From an uncultured Candidatus Saccharibacteria bacterium (GTDB taxonomy: Bacteria; Patescibacteriota; Saccharimonadia; Saccharimonadales; 2-12-FULL-41-12), in the NCBI GenBank assembly GCA_947085855.1, contig CAMTYB010000001.1, positions 277,788 to 341,787 of the forward strand: 64,000 nt of DNA, given 5' to 3'. A program made the translations under genes and the position numbers. How positions within the stretch are numbered: position 1 is the stretch's first letter; each line of letters begins with the position of its first letter. The notes beneath the pieces are model-generated. The model was not told the DNA's origin. It saw nothing but the letters and a program-made list of their open reading frames with translations, and made no database searches. Shown one piece after another: positions 18,049 through 27,548 of this stretch.

Positions 18049-19431
18049 TTAATTGTCTTTTTCGTTCGATTCGTCATCTTTGCCAGATTTTCGCAGGCCA
18101 AGTCGTCGCAAAAATGATGGCTTATCGAATTCGTCGTCGTCAAAAAAGTTACTACCACTGTCTTTATCGGCGCCATCTTTTTTCTTATCTGAGTCATTTT
18201 TGTCTTCATCTTTACTGGTGTCAGATTCAATGTTAGACCAAATATGCGGCACGTTTGACGTGCTATCTTGTTGGAAGTTATCCTGCTCAACTTCTGCATC
18301 AGTTTTGTGCTCAAGGTCCATGTTGAGGTCTTCTGGCACAGCGTCAGCTGTCTTTACCTGATCGGCTGCACCGATAACAGAACCGTCTTTGTCATCTGAC
18401 TCAGAGGCGCGGCCAGGATCACTTGGCTTAGTGAAGTAAGCTTCTTCGAAGCCAGTTGCTACTACTGTTACAATTACCTCGCCCTCGAGCTGCGGATTGA
18501 TAGTAGCACCAAAGATAATGTTAGCCTTTGGATCAGCCGAAGCAGTGATTGTCTCGGCTACGGTATTAATTTCATGCATCGACATGTCGTGGCCGCCGAT
18601 AACATTGAAGAGAATGCCGCGGGCACCATCAATAGAAACTTCTAGGAGCGGCGACTCAACTGCTTCTTGAGCCGCTTCAACCGCGCGGTTGTCGCCGCTG
18701 GCACGGCCGATGCCCATAAGGGCTGAACCGGCATTGCTCATAACAGCTTTGACGTCAGCAAAGTCGAGGTTAATCAAGCCATGAACTGTAATCAGATCAG
18801 AGATACCTTGCACGCCCTGGCGCAAAACATCGTCGGCCACCTTAAAGGCTTGCAAGATTGGGGTTGAGCGATCAATTGTCTGTAGCAAACGGTCATTTGG
18901 AATAATAATCAAGGTATCGACGGCTGAACGGAGGTTATTGATAGCCGCGTCAGCGTTTGTACGGCGCTTCTCGCCCTCAAAGGCAAATGGTTTAGTGGCA
19001 AAGCCTACAACCAAGATACCGGCGTCACGTGCGATCTTAGCCACGATGTGTCCAGCACCCGAACCAGTACCACCACCAGCACCGATGGTTACGAAGATCA
19101 TGTCGGCACCTTCGATAGCAGATTTGATCTCGTCATAAGACTCTTCGGCAGCTTTCTGGCCAACTGTTGGGTCAGCGCCAGCGCCGAGGCCCCTCGTGGT
19201 GTCGCTACCAATGTGAATTTTTGTTTGTGCTTTGGAATAATGCAAGGCCTGCGCATCGGTGTTAACCGCAATAAATTCTACGCCCTTAACGCCCGCCTCA
19301 ATCATGCGGTTAACGGCCGCGCCGCCAGCGCCGCCCACACCAATTACTTTAATACGTGCAAATGTTTCTATAGCCGGTGAGACCTGGGGCATGTAAGAAT
19401 TCTCCTTCTCTGTGCCGTTGCTTATTCCCAA
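18049..19431 (-). CDS. ftsZ: Cell division protein FtsZ
   Basis: [13 protein letters not shown] and GGGTGSGA tubulin signature. Long acidic linker and C-terminal peptide [14 protein letters not shown]. The true start may be the internal Met (MPQVSP...). Confidence 0.93.
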   Translation of the reverse strand: MGISNGTEKENSYMPQVSPAIETFARIKVIGVGGAGGAAVNRMIEAGVKGVEFIAVNTDAQALHYSKAQTKIHIGSDTTRGLGAGADPTVGQKAAEESYDEIKSAIEGADMIFVTIGAGGGTGSGAGHIVAKIARDAGILVVGFATKPFAFEGEKRRTNADAAINNLRSAVDTLIIIPNDRLLQTIDRSTPILQAFKVADDVLRQGVQGISDLITVHGLINLDFADVKAVMSNAGSALMGIGRASGDNRAVEAAQEAVESPLLEVSIDGARGILFNVIGGHDMSMHEINTVAETITASADPKANIIFGATINPQLEGEVIVTVVATGFEEAYFTKPSDPGRASESDDKDGSVIGAADQVKTADAVPEDLNMDLEHKTDAEVEQDNFQQDSTSNVPHIWSNIESDTSKDEDKNDSDKKKDGADKDSGSNFFDDDEFDKPSFLRRLGLRKSGKDDESNEKDN

Positions 19432-19500
19432 TGTATCCTAGCCAGTATAACCTACCCAAGAAGCTGTTTCAAATCCCTCGCGCCTGAAGTGTCCTATAGT

Positions 19501-19592
19501 TGTGTTCGGACACATTTAAAACGGCACACGATGTGTGCCGGGCTGAGATTTTAACACCTTAAGTTTTTGACACTAAGCACACGGCGTGTGCC
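19501..19592. repeat. Three CACAC/GTGTG-core hairpins in the ftsA-ftsZ intergenic region
   Basis: TGTGT-tcgg-ACACA (19501-19514), CGGCACAC-gat-GTGTGCCG (19522-19540) and GCACAC-ggc-GTGTGC (19577-19591). A related GCACAC-tcc-GTGTGC lies at 53133-53147. Confidence 0.55.
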
Positions 19593-19629
19593 GCTTAAAA
19601 AAGTAGGGTCAATCACCTACGTAGCAAAA

Positions 19630-20868
19630 CTACTTAAACTTCTTGAGGAGTCCGGTAAACGAGCTGATGATACCAGATCCAGATGAACCCTGATGTGATG
19701 ACTGCATGCCAATTTGCTCGGCAAACAGCATGTCCAACTGCATTAAGCCGACCGCTGTGACGTACTCTGGCTTCTTGATATCGTCAACAATGCCCTGCAA
19801 GCCATCAAACGTACCAATACGAGCAGCTAACTGTAGTTTATCGCGAGTAAAGGCAGCGAGGCCTGGGATGTTGGCTGTGCCACCGACGATAGCAACGCCA
19901 CCGGGCAACTTGCGAGCCTTGTGTATGCGCTTAAGTTCTTTTTCGACGTATTCCAAAATTTCATCAATGCGAGCTTCGACCACCATGTGAATATCTTCTG
20001 AGTCAAAGGCGTGGTTAATCTTATTGTGCTGCACGCTCAAGCGACCACTCTTGCCCGCTTCACCAAGTGCAGCGTGGTGAATCTTTACTTGTTCAGCAAT
20101 TTCGAGCTCCGTCTTGAGGCCAATTGCCAAATCGTTGGTCACATGATTGCCGCCCATTGGTATTACAGCGACGTGCTGAACCTCGCCGTCTTCAATAATT
20201 GCCATATTCGTCGTACTCGCCCCAATGTCGAGCACCAACGTGCCAGCTTCTTTCTGTTGGCGACCCAAAACAGCCTCGGCGCTGGCTAAGCCGGAGACGG
20301 TGTGGTGTGCTGGGGTGATGTGGGCTTTTTCAAGGGCTGCATCGAGGCTACGAATATTTGGTGTAGCTACCGTCACAATATGAGTGTCGACCTCTAATCT
20401 AACACCTCTCATACCAATCGGGTCTTTGATACTATCGTGGCCGTCAACTCGATAATTTTTTGGAAAAACTTGGATAATTTCGCGGTTGGCCGGAATTTGC
20501 ACAATGGTAGCGGCGTCTTCGACGCGCAATTTATCTTCAATGCCAATTTCGCGATTTGCGGTGCTAATAGCAATGACGCCCTTGGAATCAAGGCCGCTAA
20601 TATGTGATCCGTTAACGTTAACGGTAGCCGCTCGAATCGGTACACCAGCAATCCGCTCAGCTTCGCTGACGGCTTGATTAATGGCGTTCGCTACATCGTC
20701 TAAATGAACAACAAGACCTTTTCGCATACCTTGGTTCTGGGCAGTGCCATAACCGATAACTGAGAGTTGTGGTTCTTCGTTGGCAATATCAAGGCTGCCC
20801 ACGACGCATCGAACTGTACTGGTACCGACATCAAGCCCGATAAAGTACTCAGGCTGTGTATCACGCAT
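19630..20868 (-). CDS. ftsA: Cell division protein FtsA
   Basis: Actin-like ATPase motifs (GLDVGTSTVRCVVG, DIGASTTN, GGTANIPG). Sits upstream of ftsZ. Confidence 0.9.
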   Translation of the reverse strand: MRDTQPEYFIGLDVGTSTVRCVVGSLDIANEEPQLSVIGYGTAQNQGMRKGLVVHLDDVANAINQAVSEAERIAGVPIRAATVNVNGSHISGLDSKGVIAISTANREIGIEDKLRVEDAATIVQIPANREIIQVFPKNYRVDGHDSIKDPIGMRGVRLEVDTHIVTVATPNIRSLDAALEKAHITPAHHTVSGLASAEAVLGRQQKEAGTLVLDIGASTTNMAIIEDGEVQHVAVIPMGGNHVTNDLAIGLKTELEIAEQVKIHHAALGEAGKSGRLSVQHNKINHAFDSEDIHMVVEARIDEILEYVEKELKRIHKARKLPGGVAIVGGTANIPGLAAFTRDKLQLAARIGTFDGLQGIVDDIKKPEYVTAVGLMQLDMLFAEQIGMQSSHQGSSGSGIISSFTGLLKKFK

Positions 20869-20937
20869 ACCCGCCAGTATACCGCTTATGGAGGCCCGAG
20901 CACAAGTTCATTCGTACCTGCTCGGCACCTCAAGGAG

Positions 20938-21735
20938 TTACTGCTTGATTGGTAACTGCGTCAAAATTTCGTAACCTGTTTTGGTCACCAAAACAGTATG
21001 CTCAAAATGAGCTGCCAACGAACCATCATGGGTACGAATAGTCCACTTATCGGCGTCAATGGTAATCCGCTCGCCACCAAGCGTAGCCATCGGTTCAATT
21101 GCAATTGTCATGCCAGCTACCAGCTGCGCACCACTGTTTTTACGACCGTAGTTTGGAATATTTGGATCTTCGTGGACCGCATGACCAACGCCATGGCCCA
21201 CCAAATCCCGAATAATACCGAGTTTGTGCTTGGCAAGCACTTGCTCAACCGCATAGCCAATATCGCCGACGTGACAGCCATCTTTAACCACTTCAATACC
21301 TTCATATAGCGACTGTTCGGTATATTTCACCAAATCCACAACTTTTTGGTCAGCTTGGCCGCAAATTACTGAAGTGGCCGCATCGGTAATCATGCCTTTA
21401 TAGCTGACGCCAAAATCTAGACTGACAATATCGCCGTTTTTTATAACCGTCTCGGCACGCGGAATACCATGAACGACTTCGTCGTTAACAGATATGCAGA
21501 TCGCCGCCGGGAAGCCTTCATAGCCCAAAAAGGCCGGTTTCCCACCGAGCGAAGCCAACTCACGAGCTGCCAGGTCGTTGAGTTCTTGAGCAGTTATGCC
21601 AGCCACAACCTTGGGCCGCAAAAATTCCAACACGTGTGCCAACATCTGGCCACTGGTGCGCATAGCAGCAATTTCTTCATCAGTCTTTACCCGAGTGTAC
21701 ATACGGCTATGCTCCAACTTGGTGCTGGGCATCAA
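20938..21735 (-). CDS. map: Methionine aminopeptidase type I
   Basis: Metal-ligand contexts (DIVSLDFG, GHGVGHAVHE, IAIEPM, FEHTVLVT). The start is probably the internal Met at 21702 (MYTRVKTDEEI), which would remove the overlap with adk. Confidence 0.9.
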   Translation of the reverse strand: MMPSTKLEHSRMYTRVKTDEEIAAMRTSGQMLAHVLEFLRPKVVAGITAQELNDLAARELASLGGKPAFLGYEGFPAAICISVNDEVVHGIPRAETVIKNGDIVSLDFGVSYKGMITDAATSVICGQADQKVVDLVKYTEQSLYEGIEVVKDGCHVGDIGYAVEQVLAKHKLGIIRDLVGHGVGHAVHEDPNIPNYGRKNSGAQLVAGMTIAIEPMATLGGERITIDADKWTIRTHDGSLAAHFEHTVLVTKTGYEILTQLPIKQ

Positions 21736-22255
21736 CTGCCATAATCGCTTCGTGAACAGTTTCGATTGGCTGTTCGCCGTTCACTTCTACCACCGGCACA
21801 CTGTGGCTACGAAAGTATTCCAAAATAGGCAGCGTTACTTGCTCATACTCATTGAAACGAGCTTCAATGGCCTCATCATGGTCATCGGCACGGGCTCGGT
21901 CATGCAAGCGAGCTTTGACAGCTTCGCGTGAAGCTTCTAGATGTAAAACGTATTGGATCTGGAAGCGATTCTTCTGCTCATCTGCAATCAACCACTCTGC
22001 TTGGCCAATCCGACGCGGATAGCCATCAAGAATAACTTTGTTTTGGTCAGGTAAATCTTTTAGAGCTGTGTCCAAAAGAGCCGTGACCTCTTCGTCACCC
22101 AAAATAACACCGGTCTGCATACGCGCGTGCTGTTCTTCCGAACCATACGTGCGTAACAGTTCACCGGTAGAAAGAACGGTGTAACCGCCTCTCTCAGCTA
22201 GTAGCTTGCCTTGCGTACCCTTTCCGGAGCCAGCAATTCCCATAAGCAATATCAT
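21707..22255 (-). CDS. adk: Adenylate kinase, short form without a Zn-lid
   Basis: P-loop GIAGSGKGTQ and GELLR motif. At 182 aa it is the short form. Confidence 0.88.
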   Translation of the reverse strand: MILLMGIAGSGKGTQGKLLAERGGYTVLSTGELLRTYGSEEQHARMQTGVILGDEEVTALLDTALKDLPDQNKVILDGYPRRIGQAEWLIADEQKNRFQIQYVLHLEASREAVKARLHDRARADDHDEAIEARFNEYEQVTLPILEYFRSHSVPVVEVNGEQPIETVHEAIMAVDAQHQVGA

Positions 22256-22274
22256 CTCTGTTCCTACCTCTGAC

Positions 22275-22727
22275 CTATCCCAATCGGGCCTTTACCAGCT
22301 GCGCAATCAGAGCACCGTCAGCTGCACCACCGGAGGCCTGTTTAACCGCACCAATCACCTTACCCATAAGGGGTGGCGTTAGGGGTTCACCCAGGTCTGC
22401 TAGGGCTTTATCAATCAATTCATTAACAGCTATATCATCAAGTTGGGCTGGCAGATATTTTTGGATAAGTTCAGCTTCATAACGCTCTTCGCCCGCTTGT
22501 TCAGCGTTGCCGCCTTTATCAAAAAACTCAGCTGCTTCAGCACGCTTTTTGACTTCTTTTTGAAGAATCGCGACAGCTTCGTCTTCACTCAAGCCGGTAT
22601 CGCGCTTACCACTGTTAACTTCAGCTGACAATAGGGCACTTTTAAAAGTGCGTAAGGCATTCGCCTGACGCTTGTCACCGGCCAACATGGCAGCTTTGAT
22701 AGCTTGATCAAGATCTTGTTTGATCAT
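22275..22727 (-). CDS. yqeY: GatB/YqeY domain protein
   Basis: Collinear with the YqeY family (IKAAMLAGDK...AILQKEVKKRAEAAEFF). Conserved rpsU-yqeY pairing. Confidence 0.8.
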   Translation of the reverse strand: MIKQDLDQAIKAAMLAGDKRQANALRTFKSALLSAEVNSGKRDTGLSEDEAVAILQKEVKKRAEAAEFFDKGGNAEQAGEERYEAELIQKYLPAQLDDIAVNELIDKALADLGEPLTPPLMGKVIGAVKQASGGAADGALIAQLVKARLG

Positions 22728-22738
22728 CGCTTAACTTC

Positions 22739-22948
22739 TTATGAAAGCTTAAGTTTCTTAGCTTTTTGAGCCTTACGCTGACGACGAGCAATCGCTTTGA
22801 TGCGACGATCTCGCTTGCTGATTGGCTTTTCGAAGCGCTGAACTTGCTTGGCAGTAGAAACAACCCCAGACTGTTGCACTTTCCGTGTAAAGCGGCGCAA
22901 CATGTTCTCGGTTGACTCTTTAGAATCTTTTTTAGTAACTTGTATCAC
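22739..22948 (-). CDS. rpsU: 30S ribosomal protein S21
   Basis: 69-aa basic protein (ENMLRRFTRKVQQSGVV...KRDRRIKAIARRQRK). Confidence 0.9.
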   Translation of the reverse strand: MIQVTKKDSKESTENMLRRFTRKVQQSGVVSTAKQVQRFEKPISKRDRRIKAIARRQRKAQKAKKLKLS

Positions 22949-23015
22949 GATTGACTATTCTACTCTATTGATACGCTTTTTACAAGGGTAAAAGCGCTTA
23001 ATTATTGACTTTTTA

Positions 23016-23300
23016 CTATTGCTGACGCTTCTGCGTAGCTCGCTGCGACTTAAGAACAATGCTTTGCAACTCTTTAAAAATTACAAACTGCTTGTTGGTG
23101 TAGTAAATTTTGGTGTTGGCTTGTTTTTCTGATTGCAGAAAACCAATTTTTTCAAGACGCTTTAGTTCACGTTGGATGTTGCCAGCATCTTCTTTGATAA
23201 GCTTGGCAAGACCGCGCACGTGGGTCTTAAAATCTGGATACTTCGCATAGACTACAATAATCTTGCGGCGAACTCGGGATGTGATAAATACGTCTAACAT
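23016..23300 (-). CDS. Small winged-helix DNA-binding protein (putative transcriptional regulator)
   Basis: wHTH-like segment HVRGLAKLIKEDAGNIQRELKRLEKIGFLQSEK. The family cannot be resolved by eye. Confidence 0.5.
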   Translation of the reverse strand: MLDVFITSRVRRKIIVVYAKYPDFKTHVRGLAKLIKEDAGNIQRELKRLEKIGFLQSEKQANTKIYYTNKQFVIFKELQSIVLKSQRATQKRQQ

Positions 23301-23411
23301 AAGCCTTTTCGATGTTACGATAACAACGCTTAGTATAGCGATTCGTTGCTGCTATTTCAACACATCACATAATTACTCACTGTTCGGCTAACTTGTTATA
23401 CTGGTAATACG

Positions 23412-25388
23412 ATGTACTTTTACGAGGTAGCCCCCGCCAGTCGCCGTTACCACGGAGCAGACTTGCTGACATATCACAGCACCGAAAAGCTTCAGCCCGG
23501 TCAAATTATTGTTGTAAAAATTCGTGCGCACCTGGCACCGGCTTTTATTGTCAAAGAGGTTACCAAGCCCACCTTCAAAACACTTGGCATAACTGAAGTT
23601 TCACCCAACGCCCCTATCCCAACTGTTCACAGTCAACTCTTTACCTGGCTACAATCCTACTATCCGGCACCAACTGGTGTCCTGGCACAACTACTCCTAC
23701 CCCTGGCTAAACCTACAGATTACCTGGAACGTCCCCGCCACCGTGCCAAGATCGAGAATCTGCCGGCCCACGCCCGCCAAGGAGCTCACGCAACTACCGA
23801 TCGACCACCATTAACAACCGATCAAGTGAAAGCCTTGGAAGCGATCAAAGCCAGCTCCAGCAGCACCACTGTCTTGCATGGTGACACCGGCACCGGTAAA
23901 ACTCGCGTCTACATTGAGCTAGCCGAAGCGAGCCTCAAAACTGGTAAGTCAGTCATTGTGTTGGTACCAGAAATTGCACTGTCGCCCCAGATGATCAAAA
24001 GTTTTAGCGAGTATATTGATGCGCCAATTCATATTACTCACTCGGGTCTCACGCCGGCACAACGTCGAGTCGTCTGGCATGCTATCGCCAGCGAAACAAA
24101 ACCCCAGGTTATTATTGGACCACGCTCGGCCCTGTTTAGCCCTGTAGACAATGTTGGACTGATTGTTATTGATGAGTTTCACGAACCAGCCTACAAACAA
24201 GATCAGGCACCGTATTATCAAACGACCAGGGTGGCCAGCGCGCTGGCCAATTTACACAAGGCACGCTTAATTATGGGCTCCGCCACGCCACCGGTCAGTG
24301 AATACTATGTTGCCGAGCAAAAACAGCTACCAATAGTCCGCATGCAGCAGAAAGCCAGCTCGCAGACCTTGGCTGAAACCAAAACCAGCCTAATCAGTCT
24401 CAAGGATAGTACAGAAAAGACTCGCTATCCGCTTATTACCCAAAGCCTGCTTGATGCCATAAAAGCCACCCTCGGTCGCCAGGAGCAAGTTTTACTGTTT
24501 TTAAACAAGCGTGGCAGTGCTCGTCTGCTTTTGTGCCAAAACTGCGGCTGGCACGCTCTCTGTGATCGGTGTGACCTACCCTACACCTATCATGGCGACA
24601 CCCATCAACTCATATGCCACACCTGCGGCAATCAACAACCAGCCCCAAGCATCTGCCCTGAATGCACCTCGCACGACATTGTCTTTAAAAGCCCCGGCAC
24701 CAAAGCTATTGTTGAGGCGATAACTCATGCTTTTCCAGAGGCTCGGATTGCCCGCTTCGACCGCGACAACAAAAAACTGGAGCGACTAGAAACACGTCAT
24801 GACGAAATTACCAGTGGTGAAATCGACATACTAATCGGCACTCAGCTATTAGCCAAAGGCCATGACTTGCCCCGCCTAGCACTTGTTGGCATTCTTCTGG
24901 CCGAAAACGAGCTGCAGTTCCCCGACTACACCTCGAGCGAACGCTCATACCAGTTAATGCACCAGTTAATTGGGCGTGTTGGTCGCGGTCACCGAGCCGG
25001 CACCGTCATTGTTCAAACCTACGACCCCGACAACCTGGCCGTTCAAGCCGCAGTCGGTAACTACACCTGGCCCGACTTCTATGCAGCCCAGCTTCAAGAA
25101 CGATCGGCTTTTGGCTTCCCTCCCTTCTACTTCGTTATGAAGATCGAAGTCTCGCGAGCTCGCCTACCTACAGTACAAAACACATGTAAACAGATTATTA
25201 AACAGATTGCAGATTCCGGAGAACGAGTTGCTATAACTGGCCCGAGCCCGAGCTTTATCGAAAAGCGCAACAACACCTGGAACTGGCAGATCATTGTCAA
25301 AGCCAAGCAACGAGCCAGCTTGACTCGCCTGGCTCGGCAGCTCCCTGCAAACGCGACCATAAACCTTGACCCGCATAATCTTCTGTAA
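23412..25388 (+). CDS. priA: Primosomal protein N' (PriA helicase)
   Basis: Walker A GDTGTGKT, DEFH box, and the double Cys4 zinc motif CQNCGWHALCDRCDLPYTYH...CHTCG...CPEC. Confidence 0.9.
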   Translation: MYFYEVAPASRRYHGADLLTYHSTEKLQPGQIIVVKIRAHLAPAFIVKEVTKPTFKTLGITEVSPNAPIPTVHSQLFTWLQSYYPAPTGVLAQLLLPLAKPTDYLERPRHRAKIENLPAHARQGAHATTDRPPLTTDQVKALEAIKASSSSTTVLHGDTGTGKTRVYIELAEASLKTGKSVIVLVPEIALSPQMIKSFSEYIDAPIHITHSGLTPAQRRVVWHAIASETKPQVIIGPRSALFSPVDNVGLIVIDEFHEPAYKQDQAPYYQTTRVASALANLHKARLIMGSATPPVSEYYVAEQKQLPIVRMQQKASSQTLAETKTSLISLKDSTEKTRYPLITQSLLDAIKATLGRQEQVLLFLNKRGSARLLLCQNCGWHALCDRCDLPYTYHGDTHQLICHTCGNQQPAPSICPECTSHDIVFKSPGTKAIVEAITHAFPEARIARFDRDNKKLERLETRHDEITSGEIDILIGTQLLAKGHDLPRLALVGILLAENELQFPDYTSSERSYQLMHQLIGRVGRGHRAGTVIVQTYDPDNLAVQAAVGNYTWPDFYAAQLQERSAFGFPPFYFVMKIEVSRARLPTVQNTCKQIIKQIADSGERVAITGPSPSFIEKRNNTWNWQIIVKAKQRASLTRLARQLPANATINLDPHNLL

Positions 25389-25429
25389 GAGCTAATCTAT
25401 CCGGCTTAGGTGTTGTATACTGTAGGAAT

Positions 25430-26002
25430 ATGAAATTTCGACCGATTATTACCTTGCCGCACAAATCATTACGCAGCCGCTCTAAAAAGGTTGGTTTTGT
25501 TAACGATAACCTCAAAAAATTGGTCAGCGAAATGGAGGCTGCCACGCTTGACTGGGAAGACAACCGCAACCACGAAGTTGGCGTTGCGCTGGCTGCCGTA
25601 CAAATCAATGATTTACGCCGCGTTATCATTGTCCGGAACAACTTCGATAACAAGGCCGATCGTACCTTCAAAGTGTTTATCAACCCTGAAATTACTAAGT
25701 ACGAAGGCGATATTGTTGAGGATTTTGAAGGCTGCCTCAGTATTAAAGATATCTATGGCAAAGTGCCTCGTCATACCAAAGTCCGCGTTAAAGCTGAGGA
25801 TCTGAATGGTAAAACTATCCGTTTCAAAGCTGAGGACTTCTTGGCGCGGGTTTTTCAGCACGAGATTGACCACACTAACGGCGTTGTCTTTATCGACCAT
25901 ATTAAAGATAAAACAGAAGCGTTTTATCGGCTTACCGAGAGCGGTAAATTAGAGGAACTTGATTATGACGAGCACATCGCCGACAGTCGTATTCTTTGGT
26001 AG
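25430..26002 (+). CDS. def: Peptide deformylase
   Basis: Motifs GVALAAVQI, EGCLS and QHEIDH. Confidence 0.9.
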   Translation: MKFRPIITLPHKSLRSRSKKVGFVNDNLKKLVSEMEAATLDWEDNRNHEVGVALAAVQINDLRRVIIVRNNFDNKADRTFKVFINPEITKYEGDIVEDFEGCLSIKDIYGKVPRHTKVRVKAEDLNGKTIRFKAEDFLARVFQHEIDHTNGVVFIDHIKDKTEAFYRLTESGKLEELDYDEHIADSRILW

Positions 26003-26876
26003 CGGCCCGGTTGCAGCCGCGAGCCTCGAGCGACTCATAGCTGACTCGCCGTTCGCTATCGAGGCAGTTATCACTAAACCAAATCCGCCACACCATCGTG
26101 GCACTGCCCCTGTTCTTGAACTTGTTCAGCAACATGATTTAACAGTCCACACGCCAGTCAATAAAGCCCAATTAAGTGAATTATTTGAATCTCAGACATT
26201 TACAAGCCCCGTGGGTATTGTCATAGATTACGGTATTATCATCGGCGATGACGTAATAGACTCTTTTGATTACGGTATTATCAATAGCCACTTCTCGCTA
26301 CTACCAGAGTGGCGTGGGGCCGACCCAATCACCTTCTCCCTGCTATCCGGACAAGAAGAAACAGGGGTCAGCCTGATGTCGATCGTAGCCGCCATGGATG
26401 AAGGGCCCTTGCTAGCTCAAGAAAAATTAGTTGTTCAGCCAGATGATAACTCCATCACCCTTACCGAAAAACTTATTCAACTCAGTCATAGCATGTTGCA
26501 AAAATATCTACCTGAATACCTCGACGGTTCACGTTCTTTACAACAGCAGGCCGGCACCCCGACCTACTCGCGCAAGCTCACTAAGGCCGACGGGATAGTT
26601 GATTGGACCAAACCGGCAGCTGCCATCGAGCGTGAGGTTCGGGCCTACTACACCTGGCCAAAGAGCACAGCTCAGATTGGACAACACCAGGTTATTGTAC
26701 GTAAAACTGTTGTGTCTGATACATCAGATACTTCCAGGTTACCAGGGGAATACACTGCAACTAAGCAAACACTGGTGGTCTACTGTGGTGAAGGCGCTCT
26801 TGATATTCAAGTAGTCCAGCCGCTCAATAAAAAAGAAATGCCGATTGCGGCATTTCTTGCTGGCTATACTCTTTAG
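25959..26876 (+). CDS. fmt: Methionyl-tRNA formyltransferase
   Basis: NSHFSLLPEWRGADPI formyltransferase motif. def-fmt synteny with a 44-nt overlap. Confidence 0.9.
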   Translation: MIMTSTSPTVVFFGSGPVAAASLERLIADSPFAIEAVITKPNPPHHRGTAPVLELVQQHDLTVHTPVNKAQLSELFESQTFTSPVGIVIDYGIIIGDDVIDSFDYGIINSHFSLLPEWRGADPITFSLLSGQEETGVSLMSIVAAMDEGPLLAQEKLVVQPDDNSITLTEKLIQLSHSMLQKYLPEYLDGSRSLQQQAGTPTYSRKLTKADGIVDWTKPAAAIEREVRAYYTWPKSTAQIGQHQVIVRKTVVSDTSDTSRLPGEYTATKQTLVVYCGEGALDIQVVQPLNKKEMPIAAFLAGYTL

Positions 26877-26920
26877 GCGTTGTTGTCGCCATCACAACAG
26901 ATGCGATGCTGCAATAATGA

Positions 26921-27448
26921 CTAAGTCTGTGGTGTTGGTGGTTCAGGACCGCCTTGGTATGGCGGGATGTCTGGCGCTTGCTGTGGCATTGGCGGAACCG
27001 ATGGACCAGCTGGTGTTCCAGAGCCATATGGATTCTGGTCAACTGATGGCTGCACCGGGCCTTGCTGCTGTAGTGGCTGCGGGATAGCCCCCGCTTGTTG
27101 CGCCGGATAACCTGCTGACGCCTGTGGCGCTTGCTGCTGATTAATTTCAGCTAGAATTTGTGGGGCAGCCGCTTTGACTTCACCCTTTAACTTCTCTAGT
27201 TCACTAGCTACTACATCGCGATAGTTTGGGAAATTAGTTTCCAACCAGCGTAGAGCGCCCTCTTCATCATTCTTATTCATGAGCGCTTCAAACTCGTCGA
27301 GCTGAGCATCTGTCATGTTGCTGGCTAACGTCATGCCGACACGCATTTCAAGCGTCTCATAAATTTGGCGCTTCATAGTGTCTTTTTCCTGCTGCGGCAA
27401 CGCACCGAGACCAAGACTTTCGAGGAATTTATCATCTATTTGAAACAT
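26921..27448 (-). CDS. Hypothetical protein with helical N-domain and Pro/Gln-rich C-terminal tail (175 aa)
   Basis: Clear ORF with no catalytic motifs. The C-terminal 70 aa are low-complexity P/Q/A. Confidence 0.55.
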   Translation of the reverse strand: MFQIDDKFLESLGLGALPQQEKDTMKRQIYETLEMRVGMTLASNMTDAQLDEFEALMNKNDEEGALRWLETNFPNYRDVVASELEKLKGEVKAAAPQILAEINQQQAPQASAGYPAQQAGAIPQPLQQQGPVQPSVDQNPYGSGTPAGPSVPPMPQQAPDIPPYQGGPEPPTPQT

Positions 27449-27548
27449 GTATGTGTACCTGTTTAATCCTTTGTTAAGCTTTGAGTTTTATTATAGCAGA
27501 GCCTCGCCCGATGCAAGCCTACCACTCCCAGCTTTAGTGCTGTCTTGC

